From Azolla caroliniana (taxonomy: Eukaryota > Plantae > Polypodiophyta): a stretch of 64,000 nt of DNA. The translations under genes and the position numbers were made by a program. The stretch covers positions 5,642,001-5,706,000 of the forward strand of contig JBHGNT010000018.1 of the NCBI GenBank assembly GCA_043228905.1. Reading direction: 5' to 3'. Below the pieces are notes generated by a model, which worked only from the letters and a program-made list of their open reading frames with translations, was not told the DNA's origin and ran no database searches. Each line of letters begins with the position of its first letter. Position 1 is the stretch's first letter. This document shows, piece by piece, positions 27,301 to 39,700 of the stretch.

Positions 27301-29274
27301 TTTCACTATTTTTTTATATCGTGTGTGAAGAACCACATGACAATGGGAGTTGTCCCTGAAACATGAGTGGGAGGCACTGTTGACACAGTCCTCACCAGAG
27401 TAGGCGGCCAAACAAATGGTAGAGCATTGGCTCGAAGAAGAGTGGAAGTAATCTCTTGTGGGCGAGAATTCGAGGTGAAGTTGATGGAGCGAGATCGCCA
27501 ATCCACGATTGGATTGTGAGTCTCGAGCCATGATAACCCCAAGATGATAGGATGTCGAGGTGATGTGATGAGGTTAAAAATGATTTCTTCCTGTTGGGCT
27601 CCTATGTGGAGACTCAAGGGAATTGTTGTATTTGTGATTGCACCAGAAGAGAGTGTTCGACCGTCGATCAGTTCAACTAGAATTGGGATAGTTATTTTGT
27701 TGCTTGGAATGTTGTGTGTCCGTGCAAACATGATGTCAATAAAGCACGACGTAGCCCCAAAATCCAACAAAGATTTTGTCTTCAAAGTGGTAGAGCCAAA
27801 TTGAAGAGTGACTGGAAGCGTGAAGCTTGTTGTCAAGGAAGTCAATTGATTGGGCCCTTGACACAATTGTCGACTCTTGTGGTTCAGATGCACATCCCCT
27901 AATGCAACTGGACATTGGAGTTTTCCTTTTGGGAGAAAATGTCAACCCCATCCATAGGATGTGGTGTTTGACAGGGTCCCTTTTTGGGCAAGAGCGGATC
28001 AAATGGTCAGGGCCAGCACAATAGAGACATAAATTGGGGCACATAATAGAGACATAAATTGTTGGCCCGTCGATGTTGTCGTTGTGCGTTAGTCAATGGT
28101 CGGTAGTGAATTCGATTGATCTCCATTGGGGAGCTAGAATCTATGGCGGGCGTTGAAGATGAAGATGAAGTGGTTGGCCAAGGTGGATGGATTCGGTGAG
28201 GACATTCCTCTTGCTGGAACTCAAAGAGACGGTTATCAAAGTGCACAACTTGGGAAATAGCCTCATTCAAAGATGTGAGCTCAGGAAAGTTAAGAAAAAG
28301 ATTTTTTATCTCACCCCGTAATCCTCAACGGAGTTGATCGAGGAGGGCTTGTCCATCCCATTCCACATCGCATGCAAGCTGATGAAATTCAGATGCATAG
28401 ATTGATGTCGCACGTCTTCCTTGTTGTAACGCATATAGTTTGTTGAGTGCCGCTCGTCATTTTTAAGTCTCCCCGAAAGTTGCCTCAAATTCGGTAAGAA
28501 ATGCTTGGAAGTCATTCAAAAGAGGCCACCAAAGGGACAAACGAGGCTTGCGCTTGTCTTCTTAGCAGCGTGCCGATGAGCCCAACTTATCGAAAGTCAT
28601 CAGAATATTGTCAGCCTTGAAGATGAATAATAAGGCATATTTGGTTGATGAAGCCTCTTAATCGTGACCTTGTTCCATCAAATTTTTCTGGCAAGCTAAT
28701 ATTGCGTTCTATAGCAGAAGGCTCAATAATTGGGTGAGGTATAACTGTCGTCGCTACCTGAAGTTCTTGAACAAACTTTCATAAGTTTGCATTCTCATGT
28801 TGGAGTTGTTGCAACACTGTTAAAATTTGCTCAAGGTTACGAGATGATTCTGACATGATAGTGTATTGAGAAAGAAGACAAAAAAGAGGGAAGGAGATCA
28901 ATCTGTCACGGATGAACAATTAGAAGATAAAGAGATGGATAAGTTGATGAGATAGAGAGATGGAGAAGTTGATGACAATGAGTAAGAATATCTATTCCAT
29001 GATTGGTGTTGATCTCCTTGATGTTAACAAGGGAGATCAACCCTTTTTATACATGTTACATTGTAGTGATGCATGATAAGCATGTTCATGCCAAGTCTTA
29101 CATACAATAATATCAAGCATACTAATTCTTGCATGCCAAGTCTTAAATACTGAGTCTTACATACTTTGTCTTACATACCACTCTTTATACAAAGGTTTAA
29201 AGTCTAAAGTTTGTCTAGGAGAAATATATATATACAATGAACTAAGATTCAAATATGAGTCGATGTTCATGACA
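24390..29274 (-). mobile_element. Ty3/Gypsy chromovirus (Tcn1-like) lacking RT and RNase H
   Basis: LTRs 28904-29274 (5') and 24390-24732 (3'); PPT AAGGGGAGGATAA; gag from ATG 28856 with CLYCAGPDHLIRSC; PR (SLLDFGATSCFID); INT (HDDALAGHFG, ISMDFITDLP, SDRGPQF); chromodomain (EYEVETILD..YLVLWKGYPISKATWEP). The TSD is not clean (ACAAC/ACCGA). Confidence 0.9.
26804..27331. repeat. Tandem repeat, 3 x 176 bp
   Basis: Unit TTTTGTTTTCCTCATCTTCTCAACTTC...ATCGTGTGTGAAGA, starting at 26804, 26980 and 27156. Confidence 0.93.
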
Positions 29275-30944
29275 ACCGAAGTTAGAGCTAAATGTCACCT
29301 AACCATCTCCCATAGCCCAGTTGAGGTGGTTGGATCATATATCTATATCGGTGTCACTTTCAGTGCTTGCTCAAGTAAATTTTCGATGACATAAGCAACG
29401 AAGGATAGACTTACGAGAGGACATGCATCCCTCTCACTCCTAGAGAGACAATATCACCAAGCATACTTCCAAGAGGCATGGACTAAGGGGTTGCTCTTTG
29501 ACTCATTAATAACCCCCTCTCTCATGTATGCATTAGTGGTTTGGGCTCTAGGGCTACCATCTTTCATGTGGACGCAATTAGAGAGACCATTGGTGATGAT
29601 GTTATCATGCCAGCTCCGAAGCAAATCGACAGTACCACATGACATTATTAGAGTTGAGTTCACTTTACCCCTGATGCTAGTAGAGGCATTTTTTCAATTT
29701 GTAGTCTTTATTTATAGGATACATGGACAACCACATGATAGGATATCCTATCAAGCCTTTGAGGCCACTCGATCACTGTATGAGTTCGGCTATACTAGCT
29801 CATGGTATGGCATGATGGTGAGTTGGCTTCTTGCAAATTGTGAGTCTAATAACCTACCTCCCCTTAGGTAAAACCACGCAAATGATAGTACTTTAATCTC
29901 TCATAAGGATTGTAATAAAGTAATATGCCAAGAAATATGACAAATTTACACTTGGTATAAATGGAGCACCCCATTAGAGCCACTCCCATCTAAAATGTTG
30001 TACTATAAGGAACACTTCATGCACTTCTCTAAGTTAGGTTTTATTACACGACCAAAATACCTGGATGTATTCTTATCAAATGCACTAAGGGTTGCCATTG
30101 GACAACTTAGAATATCATCTCACCAACTTGAGATTAAGAGTGGTCGTATTAATGGAGTCCCTAGAGAGGAAAGGATAGGTTGACTATGTCACATAAACAT
30201 CGAGGATGAGTACCACTTTACATGCAAGTGCCCAACTTACGCCAAGATAAGGGCAAAATACCTAGACATACTATACTCTATCCCTCTCCCACCCTCCCAA
30301 AACTATTAGATACTCTAGATATAAAGAAAGTAGGTAGATATATCCTAGAACTAAAACAACACAAAGAAAATAAGCTACAAAATGTTGACAATAATGTTTT
30401 TAATATTCACCAACATGCAACAAATGAATTTTTTCAGGAGCAGGGGGAGACAACGGATGTCAACACACTTGCACCACTCGGCCTCTTCCTTGATGAAGCA
30501 GAAAACCAAAGAAGAACCAAACGCCCTCAGATGATGGGTTTCAAAGCAACTTGACGTAGTGTAGAAGCAATTAAGAAAATAAGGGAACGTGAGCTACACC
30601 GCCTAGAAGCCATGGCTAGGGCACTCTCTATACCGGGACCACGGGTCATTACCACACTGAAACTCTTTGACCTCCCACTTCTTTTTGAGAGGCTTGGGTG
30701 GAAATGAAATTAGGCTTAGTGTAAAATCATTTCCTTTATCGAATGTGTTACACCATAACACGTTTTGTACAATACTAGAACTCTCTTGGCTTAAGTACTA
30801 TTTTTATTTTACTTTTATTATTATTTTCAGTTCTGGTGATTGGATAAAAACCCCATTTTGTTGTACACCAATTGTCTCATGGGCCAATTTTGGCCTTCGA
30901 AGACGTTAATATATCTTTCTTTTCTTTCTCATAGTCATAGTATA

Positions 30945-31185
30945 TAACCTCAATTTCAACGTTCATTAGTAAAGTTCTTGAACATTGACTTTCACCTATA
31001 TTACGCAAAAGTGTTATATTTTGATCCCATTGGTCATATTGACCTTTGAATTCATAATATGCAACCTCAATTGCAATATTCATTAGTAAAGTTCTTGACC
31101 ATTGAGATTCATTACACACTTTCACATGTATTATGCAAAAATGTTATATTTTTTGTCTCATTGGTCATATTTGACATTTGAAGAT
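30945..31185. repeat. Imperfect tandem duplication of about 116 bp
   Basis: AACCTCAATT..TTCATTAGTAAAGTTCTTGA..TTGGTCATAT occurs twice. Confidence 0.65.
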
Positions 31186-31329
31186 GATAATGAAATTTCT
31201 CTCTTTCTCTTGAACCCCAAAAGAGCGAGAACAAAGGCAAGCTTATGCAAAGTTTGAGATATATCTTACAATCCTCATCAGACCAAGAATTACATGGGAA
31301 ACTAGATCTTTTATGTCCACCAACACACA

Positions 31330-31740
31330 TTTGAAAAAAGCAAAGCTTCCAAATGGTCTCGAGCTCTCCTATTTATATATCTTTTAGTTCTTGTAGGGCA
31401 TCGTTATGCGAGGGCGTTTTAATATAGGTTGCATTGTGATGTGTAAAGTGTGTCACAAATTGCAGTGCACAAGGACAATGCGGGAACGATGTGTTTTCAA
31501 TTCGCCAACTACTTGTTCTAAAGTAGTGGAAATGCACTAATAGTGCGATATACCACAACCATTACAAATAGTAGAACTTTCAAACTCACTTCTAAAAATG
31601 AGACAATCATTTTTGCAAGAAAGAATTGAGTTATAGTCAAGGCTAACCTTGGATATCATTTCCTTTGCCTCCTCAATTGGTATGGGAATAATGTTGTCTT
31701 TCGGTAGGAGCTTTGTTGAAAGTAAACTACAAATGTCCAA
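31330..31740 (-). mobile_element. CACTA (En/Spm) transposase remnant
   Basis: LLPKDNIIP...EAKEMISKVSLDYNSILSCKNDCLIFRSEFESSTICNGCGISHY matches the TnpD pattern (I.AC.NDC.L.R....C..CG..RY). Confidence 0.75.
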
Positions 31741-31849
31741 GTAATAATATTTATATATTAAAAAGTTGTCAATGTTATTATATATGTTACATTGTAACTT
31801 AATAAGAAGGCATAATGAGGAGCCTATATTCACAATAGCAACATTGTAA

Positions 31850-33769
31850 TTAAAACATTTCTCCAACCAAATCCAGTTTGTAAGACTATGATTAGAACAA
31901 TTGAACTCAATGGTCTTAGTACATATTTATGGTACAATTTCTTGGTTATTTTCTCGAAAAGAAACTTCTCATAAGAAGAAACACACACACAGGGGGGGTG
32001 GGATTGATAGATCCCATGGTGCAAACGAAGGCCTTGCTAGGCAAACTAGTGGTCAGGAGCCTACAACCTCCTGAGGCACCTTGGAAAGTTCTATGGTGGC
32101 TTAGATGGAAGATGTGGTTGCCAAGACAAGGTGGAAATTAGCCAAGCAGCCCATTTTGGGGCTTTGTGCCAGAAATGAGACCCAAATATTGGGGAAGTAT
32201 GCAAAGTCTGTGTGCTATTGGAATTATGAAAGCATGGCAAGAAATAAAAAAGGGGATCACATGTAGGGATGTACATGCCAATTGTGTGGAACCCATTGAT
32301 TAGAGATGTGGATGGGCTGAGTTAATCAATGCCCAAGGGAATGCATTAGTGGAGTGGGAGAGGTTTTTGTCCAATGAGGTGGGCACTCAAAAGTCTAGAA
32401 TATGGAGAATAAGCAGGGGTAAATGCATGCTCAAGAGAATTATAGATGCCATTGCATGCTACAGGAATACCTTGGAAGAGGAAGAAGTAACAACCTCTGA
32501 AATTGTGTGGACAGGACTTATAGATGCTGAAAATTGTTTAATTGGCATTAAGGGAATGAAAGTAGAATCAAATGAGGTATGCTACTACAAACTAGAGCAC
32601 AGAATGGTAGCAACCAGCCTTTCAAAGAGAAAGGTTGATTAGGCTGATCGCAAAAAATGGCAAGAAGGGCATTTGGATTAGCTATCATGGGACCCAACGA
32701 TGTATTTTTGGAGAACTCAAGGACAAACTGAAGGGGGAAAGCTGGTTTAATTTTTCAGGTATAACATGAAGATTGGGAGGCAAATTATTCTAGAACAAGA
32801 ACACGACAAGATTGCGGCAAAGAAATTTTGGATACATGAGGGCATTAGTGGAATTTTGGATACAGGAAAATGATATGGCATGACAGATATGATCGCAAGA
32901 TAATGATGTGCTTATGGCTTATTGCACATAGAGCCTTGCCAGTAGGGACGTGGGGTAAATGCCCCAATGTAGACCCTAGATGTATCGCATGTGGACAGAT
33001 AGAAAGCATTTCCCATTGTCTATGGGAATGTCGTGAGGCAGTGGTTGTATGGGGAATGGCATTATTGCTTTGCCATGCCTCTAGTTCGTTCACCCTCAAC
33101 TGGGGACATGCTTGTTGGATTTGTCTTGAGGATGATGTGGTGAAATACGATAGCACATGCGATGCTCAGTACAAAACGGAGAATGGCATTGTTCGACTGA
33201 TCACTAACAACAAGGTACCTACAACTTGTGCACAGAATCAAAAACTTGGAGATCTTTGGACTTTGCTTGCCCCCATTACTATATGGTGTATATGGACAAC
33301 AAGGTTTACCAGGGTATTTTCAGCACACAAACGCCCTCCAGCTGAATCGATTATGCTAATCTGGCACACATTAATAACTACACTAAGAGCTCAATATGAG
33401 CGGATTGATGGTACTGATGATGTTGCAGAACTAATGAGGCTGAATTTTAGAAAGCGATGGTGTACTACACCGATGGCCGCAACAAATGGAATGGATATAC
33501 TATGGAAGTATGAAGTACCCAGATGGTTGTTCCCCCCTCCCATTAGTTGAACGAGGGGTGTGAAAGACATGGCATATGGGATAGTGAATGTAGGTGAAGT
33601 GTATGAAATGATGGCTAGAGACATATGTGAAAGTGTAAGATAAATAAGCGAGATCTCTTATGTAGGATAGGATAGTCTTGGCATGGCCTACCCGAGAAAG
33701 GGATCGAGTTTGTGTATATTTTAACTAATGGAGTATATTCTTTTTTGGAAAAAGAAGAAGAAGAAGAAA
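31850..33769 (+). mobile_element. 5'-truncated L1-type LINE (post-RT region, zf-RVT)
   Basis: GGVGLIDP..KALLGKLVVR; LWLIAHRALPVG..CIACGQIESISHCLWEC; IWCIWTTR; ends in an A/(GAA)n tail at about 33749-33769. Confidence 0.82.
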
Positions 33770-34019
33770 CACGCACAATATTTTCAAACCAATCATCAAG
33801 AAACTCATTCATGATGTCATTCTTGGCCAACATTGCCATGATGTTGAGTAGTCTGATGTACATTGTTGACATTGCTTGTATATTATCCTTGTGTGGCATA
33901 CATAAGTGAAGCTTTTAGTGATAGGCATAGCGACATGAAAACACATCGCTATGCCCCTATTTTGCATTAGTCTATGAACAAGAAAGTAGAATGCACTTAG
34001 CGTTTTGACCAACATGATC

Positions 34020-34520
34020 ATAATTGGGTTTCCAACATTTCCCATTGAATGGTTTGAGCTTTAGTCTCTATGACTTCAGTGTTGTGATCCTTCTTTGAAG
34101 TGTGCATATATGGAAGTACAATCTCTACAACATCTTTAAAGGTTTTAGGATCCTTATCATGCACTATCAAATGATAGGTTGAATTTTGAATGCCATTAAA
34201 GAAACAAATGATAAGCCATTTGTGTCCCTCCAGTCTCGAATTATGAATTTGATTGTGTATGATGAACATAATCCTTGAGGGAGAGAGAGAAATGGCTTAC
34301 TATATAGAGTTAATAGGTTTTGTGTTGCTTTATAGAAATTATCATTTAAAGATGTGAATGAAGTAATCCCGTGCATTAGGCAGTTTCTTTGTAGTACAAA
34401 AATCTTGCCACCAAAGGGCAATTTTCCCATCTAACTCACAAGTGGGCTAGGTTATTTTTATACTATCAAGCATGGGGTCAAGCTCATAATGAACTCCAAA
34501 CAACTTAGCCATGAGCAAAT
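34020..34520 (-). mobile_element. Degenerate Gypsy gag remnant
   Basis: LDGKIALWWQDF...AWDYFIHIFK..F capsid-like pattern on the minus strand; heavily mutated. Confidence 0.45.
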
Positions 34521-34930
34521 TGCTTTCTAGCTTCTTTCTTTTCTTTCGCCTTGAAATGGCTTTACAAGGAGTGACCATCCTTTATCCCAACACCCATTTG
34601 GATATTAGTAACTCAAGGTTCAAGAATATCATGAGATTTGTAGTTTTGATGCCTGTTGCAAAGTCATATTTATTGAGTCTTGTAACAAATGGAATTAAAT
34701 TCAAGCAAGGCAGTGGGGCTAATTCCTTTTATGAAGATCTCACATTTCCATCCAAAATTTGAGCCAAGAGCAAAACAATAGGGAAATGTACATGGCACTT
34801 ATATGTTATTCGAGATAATAAATTCACAAAGGAAATCCCAAACAATCATGAAATAAGTGTTAAGATAACAAAATGGCAAAATAGACAAAAAAACATCTCA
34901 CAAAATACTCCTCTCCTCTACACATGTTAG

Positions 34931-35317
34931 TAGATATGGGCATGGTTTGGTTTGGTTTCACTTATACATACGAAAACTAAGTGGCCTTGAAACTAAATTG
35001 AACCACTTATACATACGAAAAACCAAACCAAACCGTTTAAGAGTTAGTATGCCATTTAATCCAGTTAAACCAGACTGTTAAAAGGTGAACCAAACTTTTT
35101 AAACAAAACCATTAAAGTAAAATTAACTGAACAAAAAACATTAGATTAAAATAGCACTAAATTAAAAGAAAGATTTAAGTTAAATTTATTAAGTATTTAA
35201 CAATTATAGAAACTTAAATTTCTTTTGTAAAAACCCATAAGCCACCGAAACCTATAAATCATTAAACCATGGCTTAGTGATTTGGTTTGGTTTGAGTTGA
35301 ACCAAGGCCCATAACTA
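34931..35317. mobile_element. hAT-type MITE, family 2
   Basis: TIRs TAGATATGGGC / GCCCATAACTA; TSD CATGTTAG/CATGTGAG; AAACC/GGTTT repeats. Confidence 0.8.
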
Positions 35318-35507
35318 CATGTGAGATGGTGTTCAAGTTTAGGTTACAATGGTAACACTTGGTGTTTTTAAACATGTATTTCCTTTATATGTTATTTTTC
35401 CAAAAAAAAAACTCCTTGCATTAGCTATAAAAGTTTACAACCTGCTATCCTCTAGGGTTTTGCACCCATTGCCAGATAAGTGACTGTGTAGACGATGGTT
35501 ACAGAGC

Positions 35508-35690
35508 AATGAACATAGAACACAGAACACAGATTATGAAAAATTGTTTCAATCATGTAGAGATTAGAAAAACATGATCTATGTTATCATCGAAATGGAA
35601 TCAGAGAAATGAACCTAGAACACAGAATAGAGATTATGACAAACCGTTTCAATCATGCAAAGATAAGAAAAACGTGGTCTCTATTATCAT
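35508..35690. repeat. Imperfect duplication of about 100 bp
   Basis: AATGAAC.TAGAACACAGAA..AGATTATGA..GTTTCAATCATG occurs twice. Confidence 0.6.
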
Positions 35691-36760
35691 CCAATAGATT
35701 ATTCTATCAACGTAGAGACAATTATAAAAACAACGCTAGGTGAACAGTCACACCCATTCAAAAGGCGGTTATGAAAATATACTAATAATATATGAAAACA
35801 CAATAAATACTAATAAGGTTCTACTTTAGCCGTTAATACAACTGTAGCTAGCGATGGGCCCAATTTCGCCTTAAACCGAACCGAACCATTAAGCCATGGT
35901 TGAAAGGTTTTTAAGTTCCAAAATAATTAAATGGTTTGGTTTGGTTTTAATTATTAATAAACGGTTCGGTTTGGTTTTGAAACTAGGGTTTGTCAGTTTA
36001 TAGGTTTTTGGGCTAACTTGTTTATCCCTGAAATGTTTATGTAATCTAATGGTTTAATTAATGTTTTTTATTGATTTAATTCACTTAACTTAAATGTTTC
36101 TTTAATCTAATGGCTAAATTAATGTTTTTTTCATTTAATTACTTTGGCTTAAATGTGGTTAGGTTTGAACTTTTTATTAAATGGTTCGGGTTGGTTTCAA
36201 CTTTTCCCTAAACGGTTTTGGTTTATATTTTCTTAAATGGTTTGGTTTAAATAGCTTGAATGTTCATAAACGGTTTGGTTTGGTTTTTTGTTACCCAGCC
36301 GACAAAGGAGTAAAGACCAGAATGTGAAAGGGATGATTATTCGGAATCTATTTTAATTAAGTAGAATAGATTATAATTATGTAGTGAACGGACGGACCGG
36401 AATCGGTATGCCGATCCGGATCCAGACCGGTTCCGAACAGGTGCCGATTGGCACTGTTTTGTACGCAGCACCGGTGACCTATATAAAGGCCCGGTTACAA
36501 TGTAAAACTTTAACGAAGAATTAATATAAGCTTCTTGTTTTATCTTCACGTATTGATTACCGTTCTATATTAATTGTTATATCTTACGCGTGTATTAAGT
36601 GAATGCCTTATTTCTAAGTAGCCAATTAAGTTGGATTAATCGTTGTGTCTTAAGTTATCTCGCCGTAACACCCCTTTGGTGAAGTGTCTTCCGGAGACAC
36701 CCTGTGTTAGGCCATTGTCCGGCCCTAAGGATTAACACAGTTTTTGGCGACCACGATGGG

Positions 36761-39700
36761 ATGCACAATCGCAGCGAACATCAGCAGGAATGGATGACGC
36801 GACCAACGAACGACCCGGTTACGGAGCGAGCAAGGAGACTTGCTGATTGGCTGAGGAAGCGAGAGGCTTTCCAACAAGCGGTAGAAGAAATCAGAGCGGA
36901 TTGCTCATTTTCCAAGGTGATCCGGAGAGTGGCCAAGGAGTCACTTCGGTTACCACAAAACGCCTACCCGAACGAAGGAAGCAGCCTAAGCAGCCTCTGG
37001 GAAGCGGAATCCTTTCTCCAAGCATTGGCAGCGGGGGAAGGCGAATCCAAAGCATTTTCAGCATTTGAATCGCGTTCAGACGGGGAATACAACGCGCAGA
37101 CGAACTACCGTGTAGCAGTAACGACACCCCAGGCGGACTAGAGGACGAGGAATCGGATACCTTGCCGACACCAGAACCAGAATTGACAAGGCTGGAACCT
37201 CCGGTACCAGAAGTCAACCACACTCTGGAACCAGAAGTCGAGGACGAGAGACCTCCGACACCGGAAGTCGAGGAGGAGAAGCCTCCGACACCGAAAGAGG
37301 GGCAGGAAAGACCTCTGATGGCAACAGAAGACCGGGAAAAACCTCTAACACCAAAAGAGGAGGAACGACCACCGACACCACCAGCCCGTGTACCGACACC
37401 AGACGACGATATGCCGTTCCAATATCCCAGATACCGGGATGATCCGGACGCGGAAGCCCACGTCCATGCGTTTCAGCAGACCTGGGAGGTGAACCATGTG
37501 TCCCAACGCTTAAATGCAGCCGAAGAGGAACGCTCAAAAAGGGCAGAGTTCGGCATGACCTTGGAGGGACCGGCCGCCAGATGGCACCGAACACAAGATC
37601 CCAGCACCATCCCCACATTTGAAACATTAAAGACAAAAAATTTGCATTTCTTTCACAAGGAGATGGACCAACGGGAAATGGTAGGCTTATTTTATAGTAT
37701 CCAGCAGGAACCAACGGAGAACATTCAGCAGTTTGTCATCCGGTTCCAGCGGATCCACAGTCAGCTCAGCCGGACACCACCGGAGGAAGAAACAAAGGCC
37801 ATATTCTTAGCAGCCCTCCGAGAACCCTTACGTACGGTGTGCACCGTTATTGATTTCCGCACCAGCAGCATAGATCAAGTGATCGACCGAGTTCGGGAAA
37901 TGGAAACCTCAAGTTCATGGCTAACCATGGGCGCACTTCAGCGTGCACTACCAACGGAAGAGGACCTCCATTTCTTGCAAGCAGTTCAATGTACGACATG
38001 CCTGAATGCCGGACATTCGGCGCTGGAATGCACCATGCGTTCCCAATGCTTGCTCTGCCACTCTAGAAGTCACATAATGGAACGGTGTGAGTATAATTTG
38101 TTAAATCGGCAAGCACCACCGGTACGGCAAATTGAACCACGGAGCAACCAAGAGGAAGAAGAAGAACGTTGGCGGCGAGAGGAGCGCTACCGACCAACAC
38201 AAGATGTTTGGTACAGCGATCAAAGAGACGCTTATGACCGGTATGACAGACAGGATAGATACCGGGACCATAATGGACGGTACGAGAGATACAACCGGGA
38301 TGACTCCCCTAGTTACAACCACCGACGGGACAACTATGGCAAGTATGACGACCAACACCGTCAAGGTTACCGAAACAAAAAGAATTTCAAGAAACATCAT
38401 TTCAACAAAAAGGGGGCTCATCCACAGGAACCGGAAAAGGGCGCTCCAAGCAACCAGCCGGACCAAAACCAAGCACTCACCATAGGACCTCCACCAAGCG
38501 CACACGCCGAATCCAAAAACACCCGGAAGCCATACTGCTATTATTGCCGAAAAGAAGGCCACTATAGTAATCAATGTCCGACAAAGAGCTACGACAAGCG
38601 ACCAGTGGTGAACATGGTAGACGCAGAAGTCGCGAACATACAACAAGTCACTACAAGATCTAAAGGCAAAGCCACGGAGTGGGAAACTCAAGAAGCCATC
38701 TGGAAGTAGGCAACCGAATGGGTGAAGAAGGCAAATGAGCGGAATGCGGCAGAACTCGAACAACAAAAAGAGAATGCCGAAGAGCTCACCGGCCCGGGGC
38801 AGCCCAAAAACCCAACATGGCAGGTGTTACAAGAATGCCAAATAACATTGCCGTTAGGCCGGCTATTGCAACTGGTACCACGGTTCACGGAAGGACTAAA
38901 GACAGGAAGGACGCCAACTGACAAACCACCGGCTCCGGCATTCTTTTCAAATCCGGAGGAAGGACCGACAGTGGTGGACACAATCACAGCCATCGTGAAA
39001 GGAAATGAGCTACCGGGCACGATTATCGATGGAGGATCCGGCGTGAATGTGATCAGCCTCCGAACGTGTAACACTCTAGGAATCCATGACTGGGAACCGT
39101 GCCCGTTTTGGCTTCGGATGGCAAACACAAGCTCAGTACGGCCGACCGTATTAATACGTGATCTGGAAGTGACCATCGGGGGTCACACATTTCGCATTTC
39201 CGCAGTAGTTCTCCAGCTACAGGCTCAGGGAGCTTACCCACTATTGTTGGGATGCCCTTAGTTAAAAACAGCACACATCAAGCAAAACTAGAGGAAGAAT
39301 ATAATTACGTTCCGGCGTGGAAAAGCGAAAGTACGAGTACCAACTCAACCACGATCCAGTACCGACAAGGAATCAACGCCGCTATATGCAGAATGTGTCA
39401 ACATGCTGGAAGGATTGGCGGACGAAGAGGTAGATCAATAATTACAAGAAAATCCGAAGATCGTACCTCTTTTCGAGATTGATGTAGTCGAAGCAGTATC
39501 ACCGTACATACTGCAACCGGACAGGACCGACGAGGAACCAGATAAAGAAGCAATCCGGGAATTACGGCAAGCACAGGAGGCATTGGAAAAAGAAATGGTA
39601 GTATCACAGTGCGTGAAAGCATCCCAACTAGAAGAGGTAAACCTAGGTACCACAGAGGACACAAGACCGGTGCACATCGCCAAAGAAATGACCCCGGAGA

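Larger units (their letters stand above)
23760..30930 (+). mobile_element. 5'-truncated LINE (RTEX/RTE-like ORF2) split by a Gypsy insertion at 24390-29274
   Basis: RT motifs DHIFTLRCLI, CCFVDFRKAFD, GVK*GCPLSPTLF and FLYADDIVLL. The frame resumes after 29274. C-terminal LRISSHQLEIKSGR..EERI..CHINIEDEYHFTCKC zinc finger; (CTTT)n tail at about 30914-30930. Confidence 0.85.

Noticed and set aside
26804-27331. CRISPR-like array
   Set aside because: The units are contiguous 176-bp repeats without unique spacers, the context is eukaryotic and there are no cas genes.
24385-29279. Clean 5-bp TSD for the chromovirus
   Set aside because: The flanks ACAAC and ACCGA do not match. The insertion is supported instead by continuity of the LINE on both sides.
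38101-38766. 221-aa antisense ORF in Gypsy gag (and similar antisense ORFs over Copia pol)
   Set aside because: These are shadow ORFs of GC-rich coding sequence with no independent motifs.
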